64,000 nucleotides of DNA from Callorhinchus milii (taxonomy: Eukaryota): positions 94,056,001 to 94,120,000 of the forward strand of contig NW_024704743.1 in assembly GCF_018977255.1 (NCBI RefSeq), written 5' to 3'. The translations under genes and the position numbers were made by a program. Under the pieces are notes generated by a model that saw only the letters and a program-made list of their open reading frames with translations, had not been told where the DNA came from and did no database searches. Of this stretch, positions 48,973 to 61,189 are shown piece after piece. Numbering within the stretch: position 1 is the first letter of the stretch; each line of letters starts with the position of its first letter.

Positions 48973-49131
48973 CTGAAGAATGTGCTCTAAATTGTGCCAT
49001 GCTGTTGGTCGATAGAGGTCAGATCCATTTTCCTCCTGAAGCAGCTCTATTCCTCTCTCCCCTGGACGAGCAGCAAGTACATAGCAGAAACTAGGAGCAG
49101 GAAGCAAGGCACCTGAGGGAGAACCTACACT
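48973..49131 (-). CDS. SPIDR: SPIDR exon (SVGSPSGALLPAPSFCYVLAARP...LYRPTAWHNLEHILQ)
   Basis: ttgcag acceptor, gtaac donor. 159 nt, phase 0/0. Resembles SPIDR LPPPALCYIL...LYQP...ILQ. Confidence 0.85.
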
Positions 49132-49859
49132 CTGCAAGAAAGTCCAAACTTCAAGTTAGAAATACTGCTACAACAGCAACAAGAAATTGCATTTATATAG
49201 TGCCTTTCACATCAGGAGGACAACCCAAGATGCTGGATAGTCTAGGGTGCACCCAAGCTAGGGGTCAGATTCGATAGTTGTGAGGGCGAAGGCACTGGGG
49301 TGGGAAGATGATCGAAGGCACGGACTGATAACTATTCAATTAGGTTGAAAATTAGGTGCAACCCTGCCATTGTGTAGCGCTCCATGATGCTATCCTGCAT
49401 GAAGGACACTATATAAACGCAAGTGGTTGTTACTGAAAATGGTTCTGCATTGCTGAGTATTCTTCCCAGCATTTTTCCATTCATATATCTTTTGAAGCAC
49501 AGTTGGTAGATTGCTCTGTCCTTGGTTACACTGTGGCCTTGTCTCAGTTGGAAGCCCTCTCACTCTTGGGTTACAAGGTTGTGGGTTTAAGCTCCATTTT
49601 GGGATCTGTTCTCATAATCTAAGATGATACTCCAATGCAGTGCTGAGGGTCCTTTAGATGAGATGTTAAACCAAAGTTAAGTCTGCCTTTTCAGGAGGAC
49701 GTTAAAGATCTCATGACACTATTCGAAAAGAGAAGTTTCCAAGTTAACAATCCCCCAAATAAAGTTGGTCATTTGTTTCATGGATGGTTGTGGAACACTG
49801 CTGGGCAAAATTGGGCTGTTGAGTTCACCTATAAACACTCAAACACTCTACTTCACAGT

Positions 49860-50190
49860 AAATAATAATAATAATAATAATAATAATCCTTGCATTTGAT
49901 ATAGCGCTTTTCACGTCGGGAGGACGTCCCAAAGCGCTTCACAGAACACACTGTAAAGTGAATTGACTGTATATTTGTGGGCGAACGCGGCAGCCAATTG
50001 CGCACAGCAATGTCCCACAAACAGTCGTAGATTGAAAATGACCAATTTATTATTGTTTTGGGTTTTGGAGGGATTATTATTAGGCGTGTGGAGTAAGGAA
50101 ACTTGCCCAAGGTTTCACCCTGCCTGGAATTGAACTCAGGTCTCTAGCTTGCAAAGCGAGTGCTCTGACCATTGAGCTACAGGACTCCAC
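49860..50190 (-). mobile_element. Same SINE family, young full-length copy
   Basis: Complete tRNA-like head and (ATT)n tail. Confidence 0.88.
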
Positions 50191-52612
50191 AAATCGTATG
50201 GGATGCCCTCCTGACGTGGAAGACACTTTTACCAAATGCAAGTATTATTACTATTATTATCCTTAAGTTGAGACATCCAATCTGCTTGTTCTTCAAGTGG
50301 GGCTAAAGACACAGTGACATAATCCAAAGAGTCATTGGATCTGCTGGTCAGCAGTCCTCAAGATAAAATTATTTAACTCATTGCTGCTTGTGTTTAAAAT
50401 GGTTATCTATTTTGTTGATAAAAAAGGTCACTACACTTGACAGCAATTCCTGCCTAACAACAACCTGCATTTATATAGTGCCCCTCACGCGGCGCAGAGT
50501 CTTGGGAGCGCTTAACAATGGCAAAGTCTGGCGCCGAGCCTCCAGTCGTGCTTAGGATCACCGTAAGACAGGTAAATGCTGCTACCGTAAGCACGGTCAA
50601 AGAGAAAGGTCGTCAGTTGTGATATAAACGAGGGAAGGAGAGGGCAATACCGAGGGATTGAGGGAGAGAGTTCCAAAATTTCAGGCAAAGTGGCTGTAAA
50701 GCACTTTGGGACATTATGACACAATAAGACAATATAGAAATGCAAGTTCTTTTTCTTTACTTTATTTCATTTTATTCAATATTTTATGATCAATTGTATT
50801 GTGAATAGGGTGAAAGTAATAATATTAATTTAACTGGTCAATTAGCTAACCAAACATCTGTCAGGCCCACTGGTCCCAGTGCAGCAGAGGCCACAGACTG
50901 CAGAGTTCTGGATAGTCTGCAACTTGTGTAAGGGAAAACTGGGGAGGTCCTGCTAGCAGGGTGCTGAATTAGTCAAGCTCGGATGTGATGAAGGTATGAA
51001 TGAGGGCCCATTACTCGATCAGAAGTAATGTGTTTGGTGCCGCAAACCTGTTTAAAAAGTGCTGTTATGAAATTCGCCCACAAATATACGGTCAATTCAC
51101 TTTACAGCATATTCTGTGAAGCGCTTTGAGACGTCGCGAAGACGTGAAAAACGCTATATCAAATGCAAGGATTATTATTTTATTATTATTATGCTCAACA
51201 TTTTAAAAATGACTGGTTTATAGATAATGGCTTATAGTCTGTGTTCACTATGGGTATTAATCTACGCCTCCCTCTGCCAAATTTGCAATCTCTTCAGAAT
51301 GAGCATGTTACTCGAGTGGTGTTAGAAAATACATTTTTCTAATTATTATTCCAACTGTTATAGAGAAGAGTGTGCAAGATTTTATTTAATTCCAGGACAA
51401 TGGAATGGAACTGGTGATGAGCTAGGTCAATTTTAAGGAATGAAATTTTTTTTAACGATAATATTATATCTAATCAAAGATAGTAGAGTAAGAGCACAGA
51501 TAACCATTTGAAAAATTGTTCGTCTCAGATGTACATCATTGTTTTTACAATCTGCTTACAGGTTACGCTAAAATACAAAATAAAGACAAAACATCATGGC
51601 GTTTTAATACCCTGGACCAGAGTGCTTGGAATTGAGTCCACACCCAGGATTCTCCGCGTATTTTACAATGTATCAGGTAAAAAATGTCCTGGTTTATATA
51701 GAAATCTCAGGCACAGCATGACGAGATATCATTTTGTTTTGAGGCAGGAGTGAAATTTTTGCATTAACCTTCCCCAGGAATGTGCATTATCTTTTTCAGA
51801 TAAATCATCAAATTTCCGAATTGAAGTTGGGAATATATGGGAGAAATTCCACCTGGATCTAGATTTACTTATTTAGGTAGCATTTCAGGGTGTCCAGAAT
51901 TTAGCAAATTGAATTCAGTCTTACCTTTGAAGTTACATACAAAAAAGATTTCAGAATTAATAATAACAATAAGTCTTACATTAGATATAGCGACATAGCA
52001 CATTGTTGAGATATCTCAAAGCACTTCACAGAATATACTCTAAAGTGAATTTGTAATTTATGGGTGAAATTAAGGATCCATTTAAGAATTTGCCAAATTT
52101 CAGAAGCTCTGAAATGCTAGTTAAATAAAGTAAATCTAGATCCAAGTTGACTTTCTCCCTGTTAAGTTTAGTAATGCAAGCACTTCAGAAAATATGTTAT
52201 TTTTTCACTGCTAATTTCACATTTCCACTGAGTGGAATAGAAATTCAGTCTAATTCTATATCCAGTGGAACAAAGTACCATAAAATAGTACAAAAAATTA
52301 AGCATCTAGTCCAACCAAGTTTAAAAATTGGAATTACATCACCTCATTTAATAATAAAACCCTCAATACCAGTTTTCTAATAATTGCAAATGTAGTATGG
52401 ATTGTTGAATGGATCCAGATATAAACTCTGTTGATTCAACATAAGCCAACAATTTCATGTATTTTTGTTTTAGAAGGGGAAAGATGTAGGCACCTTTCCC
52501 TGAGAGTGAAGAAGTGACAAAATTATATCTTTCAATGTTAACATTGTCATGGCATAGGTTTAAAACAAACTAATTCATGAGCAAGGTGCATTAATGTTTG
52601 CTGAAATATTAC

Positions 52613-52700
52613 CTCTTGGCTGCCTTGGCTTTGACCATGGACTTTTGGTGGAATTAATGGAGGCCACAGACTGTCGATCAAACTGAAGAGTCCTGAAGAC
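52613..52700 (-). CDS. SPIDR: SPIDR exon (SSGLFSLIDSLWPPLIPPKVHGQSQGSQE)
   Basis: Minus-strand ttcttag acceptor and gtaat donor. 88 nt. Resembles SPIDR GIFSLIDTLWPP. Confidence 0.9.
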
Positions 52701-52879
52701 CTAAGAAACACAATTTAACTGAGACACATGACCTAAGAAACACAGTTCAACAAGTTCAAATTCAACACATGCAACATCAAAGAATTCACATTAGCTACAT
52801 GAGACAAAATACTGTAACTTTGTTGTATTATTTTAGCAAGTATAGTGTTTCTAACCAAGTAAGGGAAGGGATCTCATTA

Positions 52880-53180
52880 TTAATAATAATAATAATAATC
52901 CTCGCATTTGGTATAATAATAATAATAATAATCCTTGCATTTGATATAGCGCTTTTCACGTCGGGAGGACGTCCCAAAGCGCTTCACAGAACACACTGTA
53001 AAGTGAATTGACTGTATATTTGTGGGCGAACGCGGCAGCCAATTGCGCACAGCAATGTCCCACAAACAGTCATATGGATTGAAAATGACCAATTTATTAT
53101 TGTTTTTTTTTGGAGGGATTATTATTAGGCTCTGTGTGGAGTAAGGAAACTTGCCCAAGGTTTCGCCCTCTGCCTGGAAT
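52880..53180 (-). mobile_element. Same SINE family, young copy lacking most of its tRNA head, with a doubled tail
   Basis: Near identical to 49860-50130. Confidence 0.85.
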
Positions 53181-53218
53181 AGCGGCTTATCAGGTCAGAA
53201 GGATATCCACAGGAATTA

Positions 53219-55178
53219 CAGGATAATCCTGGAGGCGAAGAACAACCCCAGGCTTCTGTTCTCTACCACATCCCGACTCCTCCGTTCCTCCTGCCACCCC
53301 GCGCAGGTCATCTCCTCCGACCTTCACTGCGAGGAGATGCTGGATTTCCTTGAATCCAAAATCAAGGGAATCCGCTCTGCGGTCACTGCCCCTCCAACTT
53401 CCACCCACCCCCCACCCCTTCCCTCCCACACTCCGACTCCTACCCATCCTCCCCTACACACCTTCAAACCCGTTTCCCCACCCTCTGTCACCAAACTCAT
53501 CCTGTCTTTGAAACCCACCACCTGCTCCCTGGACCCCATCCCCACTCCACTCCTTATCTCCCAGCTCCACCTCCTTGCCCCACTTCTCACAGACACCATT
53601 AATCTGTCCCTCTCCTCTGGCTCTGTTCCCATTCCCCTCAAAACTGCCACCATCACTCCCACACTGAAAAAACCCTCCCTTGATGCGTCGCAGCTATCAA
53701 GCTACCGGCCCATCTCCAACCTCCCCTTCCTGTCCAAGGTCCTGGACCGAGTTGTCGCCTCCCAGCTGCGCTCTTTCCTCTCCACCCATTCACTTTTTGA
53801 ACCCCGCCAGTCAGGTTTCCGTGCTGCCCATAGCACAGAAACTGTCCTGGTCAAGGTCACTAATGACATCCTGACCATCTGTGACCAGGGCTCCCTCTGC
53901 CTCCTCGTCTTTCTCGACCTATCGGCCGCATTCGATACGGTCGACCACGCTATCCTCCTCCACCGCTTGTCCTCCCACCTCAACCTTCAAGGCCCTGTCC
54001 TTGAGTGGTTTAGGTCCGACCTCTCCCACCGTATTCCTTTTGTTTCCACTAACGGCTTTTCCTCCAGTCCCCGCACTGTCTCGTGCGGTGTCCCTCAGGG
54101 CTCTGTCCTCGGTCCCCTCCTCTTCACCCTCTATATGCTCCCCCTTGGTGACATCATCCGCAGACATGGGGTTAACTTCCACATGTATGCGGATGACACC
54201 CAACTCTACCTTTCCTCCTCTACCCTCAACTCCACGACCACCGATGTCCTGACAGCTGCCTGTCCGACATCGAGTCCTGGACGAGAGACAACTTTCTTCA
54301 GCTCAACGTGCGCAAAACTGAGGCCCTCCTGATTGGCTCACGTCAGCGCCTCCGCACCTCAGGCGCTGACACCATCAGCATCCAAGGCTGCACTCTCCAC
54401 CTCTCAAAGCCAGTCAGGAACCTCGGGGTTCTGTTCGACCCTGAGCTGTCCTTTCTCCCTCATATCCGCGCCACAACTGGCACTGCCTTCCACCACCTCC
54501 GGAACATCGCCAGACTACGGCACTACCTCACCCCTCACGCTGCTGAAACTCTGGTCCACGCCTTTGTCACCTCAAGGCTGGACTATGGGAACTCTCTCCT
54601 CGCCGGCCTTCCCGGCACCTCCCTCCACAAGCTGCAGGTCATTCAGAACTCTGCAGCTCGTGTACTGTCCCGCACCAGGCTTCGGGACCACATCACTCCC
54701 ACCCTCGCTCGCCTCCACTGGCTCCCCATCCCCCAGAGGATCGAATTCAAGATCCTCATCCTCATCTACAAGTCCATTCACGGCCTCGCACCCTCCTAAC
54801 TCTCCGACCTACTATCCCCCTACCTACCTGCCCGTACCCTCCGTTCCTCTGGCTCCGGTCTGCTCCACATCCCCCGCCCCAACCGCCCTACCATCGGTGG
54901 CCGGGCCTTCAGCCTCTCAGCCCCTAGGCTCTGGAACTCTATCCCCCAGTGCCTTCGCCGCCTCCTCCCTTTCCTCCTTCAAGGCCGGTCTCAGGACCTT
55001 TCTCTTCAGCCTTGCTTTCAGCTCTCCTCTCGACTCTCTACCCCCTCCTCGCTCCCTCCCTTCCCTCCCCTCACCCTGACGATTTCCCCCTGCTCGTGTC
55101 CCGACCCAACTGTCCAGCGCCTTGGGACGTCCTCCCGACGTGAAAGGCGCTCTATAAATGCAATCTTGTTGTTGTTGT
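53219..55178 (+). mobile_element. Young L2-clade LINE, 5'-truncated, RT region largely intact
   Basis: ORF with [43 protein letters not shown]. Frameshift at about 54255, stop at 54797, (TTG)n tail. Confidence 0.95.
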
Positions 55179-58100
55179 ACGGCATGCCCCGATGTAACAT
55201 CCCCAGCACACTCCCAGCATTGCACTGGTGCAGTAAATCTTCTAATTTGGATGTAAGCATGCAAGAACGGCATACCCATGAAAGTAGCTGCCAAATTATG
55301 GGAAAGTAGGAAATTATTGTTATTGGTGTCATAAGAAGCTTGTTAATTCATTCATTGTAGGTAAACACTCCACACTGCATAATTAAATGGGACTATATTT
55401 CGCACAAGTACAGCCAGGCAAAGTATTTCTACTCAGGTTACACTTTTCAGATCACAGGGATCCCTGGTCTCTGATGATACTTTGGGAAGCCTTCATATTT
55501 CAGTGTGAAAAGGGCAAGTCCCTTCTCTCTATTGACAGATTTGAAGTCATACAGCTGGCTTTCTTTTCACTCATTGGTTAATCTATGTAATTGAAAAACA
55601 AAAAATATAAGCCCCCACCACCCACTCCCTCCTTCACCTTATCTGAGGCCAAAGTTCTCTTCTTCGCATAACAACTTTTGCAATAAGGTACTTTAAAATG
55701 GCCCTGACTCTATCTAGACAACCTTCCAAAATAGATAGGAAATCCACAGACAAAATAAAACACTTGAATTGACAGATTCAGGAAATGCCTGCAATATTTT
55801 AGACAGAATTAAAGAGGTGAGGATTGCACTGATTGCAATACTGGCTCCATTATCCATAGCCAGATTACATTGTCCATCACCACATCAAAAATAACATTTA
55901 AGGAGGCAAAATGATATATATATATATATATATATATGTAATGCACGTATGTAAATATTGGAAGTGCTGAAAATAGACAGCCACCAGCCATTACCAAAGA
56001 GAAGAACAAAAGGAAGATTAATCTCAGGAATGTATTAAACTGATCAGATATACAGCCTTAATACTCTATGAAGTGAAGCACTACGAGAACCCGTTCATTT
56101 GGATCAACTGATGGCTACTGAATGGAACATGAGAAATAGACCTGGTAGCATGTCAGACCCAGCTGTCCTACCTGTCACTCAACATGCCAGAAGATATTGT
56201 GTTTATCCTGACTCAGTGATACCTCCCTGAAACGGTCACCTTTGGTCTCCCAGCAGCTGTAGCATATGGGTACCCAACAATCTGGCCTCTGCATTATCCC
56301 CAAATCCTGAGCGTGGATTTATGAAAGGAGCTTCAAGAACACCTCAGCAGCATTGGGTGACTCAGGAGAGTACTTGTCAGCGAGACACGTCTCTCTCCTC
56401 ATTCACAGCAACAGATGTGCAACTTCTTTAAGGCACTAACATTTCACTTCAGACTCTCACTTTGATGTGAGGAGTGACCCACATGTTCCAAATAGCTTTC
56501 TTTATTTAACTCAAACCATTCATTCTCAACTGAATTCCACCTCCAGTTGCTGAAAAGAAAGTTTCAATAAAGTGCAGACCCCAAGACATCTTTATGGTCT
56601 TTACAATTTTCCACAATACTTTAACTATGGTATGTCCAATGGTGCAGATCACTATCTTCTTTGCCACTTTTAAATATAATAATAATAATAGTAATAATCC
56701 TTGCATTTGATACAGCGCTTTTCACGTCGGGAGGACGTCTCAAAGCGCTTCACAGAACACACTGTAAAGTGAATTAACTGTATATTTGTGGGTGATATTT
56801 CCTATGTCCTGAAATGCAAGTAACTGTGAGAGTCTTAAAAGCCATAATAGGGTGATGATTTGCTCCAATATTACTTCTTGCCACATTCATATATAGCATT
56901 AACTGTAATACAATGTAGACCATTTAGTGCCAGATGCAGATTCCAAGTTTCTTTCCAAAAAGGTACTTGACGAAAGAATTTCTCATTATATCATCATCTA
57001 AATAATAGTAAATAATCCTTACGTTTGGTGTAGCGCCTTTACGACAGGAGAATTTTACAAGATATACTGTAAAGTGTAGGGACTGTGTAGTTGTAGATGA
57101 ACGATACAACTCGAATGGCAATTTACACACAAAAATGTCCCACAAACATGCACAAAGTGAATAACCAATTTTGTGTGGGGAATTCTTGGCCAAGACGTTG
57201 TGGGAAAATTCCTTTTCTTTTCGAATATTGCCATAGGATCTTTAACATTTAATTGAACAGTCAGACGAGCTTCAGTTTAAAGTCTCATTTGGAGGACAGC
57301 ACCTCCAACAATGCAGCACACCCACACCACTACACTGCAGTGACAGCATAGACTGAATGGATTCCACGTTCCAGCGTGAGGCTTTACACAGAGCTAAGAA
57401 GTTTAGCGTTCACTGATATCAATGGAGCACAAGTTACCTATATTTCTAATCCATAGAGGGATCAATAATTTCTAATTGAAAACGAAACCCTGTGTTGTCA
57501 ACGTTTGTAACCATGAAAAATAATTTGTTCCAAATAACAACTAAGACTGGCAAAGTACACGCTGTGAGCTAACAAGTGGATGATTCAGAACTCTCCTGCT
57601 GAGCTCCAGGGAGCTAGTGTATTTTCTGTTAATTTGCAACACAAGAAGGTCTGTGTATGATATAAGCAGACACTGTTGAAAGTTAAGCTCAAAGGTCCAA
57701 TTCGGTTTTGGTTGGACTGATTCAACAAACTGATTAAATACTAGTCTCATCCATTTCATTCAACCCTGCTCCAGATCACTGTACTCTAGGAAGTATATAC
57801 ATTGAGTAATTAACAGTGGAATGTAGCTTAATTTAAATATCCAAAGTTTTCATATCAACAACAACTTGTATTTGGATAACTACTGGGTAGTGTCTTGGAG
57901 TGCTTCAACTCTTATTGCACAAGGAATCACATAAGGGATCTTTTTTAGAATTTTTTGGCCTTCTAAAAACAACTTCACTTCACATACTGAGACAATTTAG
58001 AATCATTTATCCTTTAGAGTGTCATCATTTTCTGTGAGTGGGATAAGGGTTAATATTACAGCAATAATCGCTCCTCCAGAATGCGGCACCAAGAATTAAC

Positions 58101-59414
58101 GTTACAAAATAGCTATGCAACATCTGTCGACAACTATTGAAAATACAGTAAGGGTTAAATTTACAGTAATAAACACAACCTTCATAATATCAACACCTCC
58201 CAAAAGCTGAGTAAGGGGTAACTTTACAGAAATTATCACTATGGAAGTGCAATTAAGAGATAACATTACAATAATAATTCTGGACCAACGTCGGAGGTAG
58301 ATTTATTATGTAATAAAAATCCTTGCACTTGCCTTATCATAATAATAATTCTTGCATTTGATATAACTCATTATCATGTCGTTAAAATGTCTCAAAGTGC
58401 TTCTCAGGATTTTACTGTGAGATGTAGGACTGTATATCAGGGGGTGAATAGCAGGCTCAGCTGTGAAGATACTTACCCATCAAAAAGTTTGCACATGAAT
58501 AATGGCCATTTGGATGGGAGACCAGAGAGTGAGAGTGAATAGCATCTGTGGAAGTGTACCTCAGAAAAGAGAAAATGTCTTGAGGAGAGGAGGAAAAGAG
58601 AGAAATTGGCAAAGAAAGCTAGAAGAGAAAACAAAAGAGGAAACTATGTGTACCCAGGATTATTGGCTCATTGTACTTACTTAGCTTATTTCTTATTTAT
58701 TCGAGCACACTAAACTGCTGCTGAGGGTAACCTGTACAATACTTGAATTTAATGACATGCCATTTGAAAACAATACCAGTATAGATCAGTATGAACAATT
58801 GGACAGCTGCATTGACAGAACATAGAAAATAAGCTTAAACTTTTGAATATGATGAGTCCATGTAATATGCTAAAACCTGGTGGTCTAACCCACAAATTTA
58901 AATTCACTGCTAGTTAAAATTGAGCATTTGCATCTCAAATTTTAATTGCTCCTGGCCCGGGAACAACATTTAAACTAGAGTTTTAAATAAACTTCATAAT
59001 ATATCCTGTATAAACACAGAATATAAAAAAAACTGATTACCTGGTAAAACAATTATTAAGGGCACACCTACATTTAAGATCTTCACCCTACCTCTTCAAC
59101 CATGCCTATAGTCACCTCTCCCTCCTCCCTTGCTTGATGTCCAACCACACCATTGTGCAGCGCTCTGAGACACTATCCTGTGCGAAGGCCACTATGTAAA
59201 TGCAAGTTGTTGCCACTTTTTACAAAGCAATTCTCAGGATGTGTTGTAAAGTATGATAATGCGCAACCGCAGCAGCCAATTTGCACACAGCAATATCCCA
59301 TAAAGACTCATGAAGTGAATGACCAATTTTATTTGTGGGATTGTTGGCTAGGACTCTGAGCGAAACTCCCTTCTCTTTTCAAATATAGAAAAACTCACAC
59401 AAGTACATACACCC

Positions 59415-59800
59415 GCGTCCCATTTAGTTTCCTATCAAAACCAGTTAGATTTCTTTGCACAAGTCGTATTAATCATCTCCTAATTTGTAACACCACTCCC
59501 CAATCCTCCATTATTCCCGTACTTACTGGCTGTATTAAATCATGGGAAATTACGTCCTGACCCATCGAGAAACGTGCATTTACTGACCAGCTGCATTGAA
59601 TTGCAGGAAACATAATTTTGATCAGTCGACAGGTGTGCAGAAAAACTTCATTTTCCGTGATTCAATGCGATTCCAAAGCTTGTCAGTAAGTGCGCATGCC
59701 GCAACGGGTCAAGATGCATTGAATCGCAGGAAAAGTAGTCTTGACCCATCACCACATGCCCACTTACCGGCTGCATTGAATTATACATGCGCAGTGTAGA
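59415..59800 (+). repeat. Unclassified interspersed repeat; a second copy at about 2690-2772 plus 3447-3625 is split by an L2
   Basis: Shared agtttcctatca...tcgtattaatca.ctcctaa...aacaccactcccc...ggtcaagatgcattgaatcg; internal gcattgaat repeats. Confidence 0.7.
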
Positions 59801-60395
59801 TTGCTGATTAAATCAGATTTTATACGACTTATACATATTTGCCTGCACTTCAGACTTTAAGCAAATCATAACAAATGTTATGATCCTGACTGATACAACT
59901 TATGTGAGTTTTACTGTGGTGTCATGGGATCTTTAACATCCCCTAAACAGTAGATGAGGTCTTGGTTGAACGTTGCACCTCCAACAATGCAGCAGAGTCT
60001 CAGTATTGCATTGGAGTGTCAATTTAGACAATATGAGTTCCAAGTCCAATGTGGGCCATGAACCTACAATCTTCTGATTCAGAGTACTCCCTACTGAGCC
60101 AAGTTGAAACATTACAATATTATTCCCTCAATTTTTTACAAACACAACAAAAATAGCACAAGCCTTATTAGTAATCTCTTTTCAGTTATTTTATTAATGG
60201 CAAATGCAGCGCCTCTCCTACGAATACAGCAAAGCACTTCCACTATGCCACAACAGCCATACCCAACATATTGATTGGATTGTTCACCTATTGGCATGAA
60301 CTTATTAACATGTACTTTATTTTTAAAAAGGAACTGGCTTACAGTACAGAGAAAGAAATCTAGAGTGTGTTTTCTGTTCAAGAACAGAATAAACT

Positions 60396-60764
60396 AATAA
60401 TAATAATCCTTGCATCTGATAATAGCGCCTTATCACGTTTTCGAGACGTTTCAAATCACTTCACAGAACATACTGTAAAGTGAATTGACTGTATATTTTG
60501 TGAGCAAAATGCAGCGGCCAATTACGCACAGCAGTGCTCACAAGCAGTCATGGATTGAGTGTCCAAATAAGTTTTTTTTGAAGGAATTATTACCCCTGGA
60601 AAAGTAATTTGCAATCAACTAACAACCTGGTTCCTACTTACTGCTAAGTAAACAGAGGCGAGTGGAGTAAAGAAACTTGCCCAACATGTCGCCCTGCCCG
60701 GAATCATACCCAAGTCTCTTGCTTACAAAGCGAGTGCTCTAACCACTGAGCTACAGGACTCCAC
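60396..60764 (-). mobile_element. Same SINE family, full length, longer internal variant
   Basis: Head, body and tail all present. Confidence 0.85.
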
Positions 60765-61189
60765 GATTAATTTAAATATTTGTACTACCATCAATCTTTT
60801 GGGAGGGAATTTTTATACCATATTTTCCTCTACATTGAAACCTGTAATTTTGAGTTTTCTCTCTTTCTCTCTGTGTTCATGTGTTTTTGAGCTACACTAA
60901 TGGGAGCTGCTGCTTCAGACCAGCATGACTGCTGATCAGGATAAATGATTAGGCGCTCCGGGATACTACACTATGCGAAGGGCGCTATATAAATGCAAGT
61001 TGTTGTTGTTGAACTGTTCTAGCAAAGACTCTCACCAGAACAATCATTTTCCAGCTCGTGATTATATTGAGTCCCAGAAGTCAATTTGGACTTTCCAGAC
61101 CAGAGAAGAGAGTATAGATTTGCTCTATGAGGAGGAGAATACTGTACTGTATTAAGAGATGGATAGAGCCTAATGGATACCAATGATTT

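Noticed and set aside
53151..54332. 393-aa RT ORF as a domesticated or active gene
   Set aside because: Starts inside a SINE; the L2 is 5'-truncated, frameshifted and has a later stop.
58040..58280. CRISPR-like repeat-spacer array
   Set aside because: Repeats are degenerate and unevenly spaced, in a vertebrate intron with no cas genes.
58478..58619. Minus-strand exon-like segment with pyrimidine tract/AG and gtaagt donor
   Set aside because: No resemblance to the expected preceding SPIDR exon, and its open frame has the wrong phase for the 52700 exon. The true upstream exon is probably outside the window.
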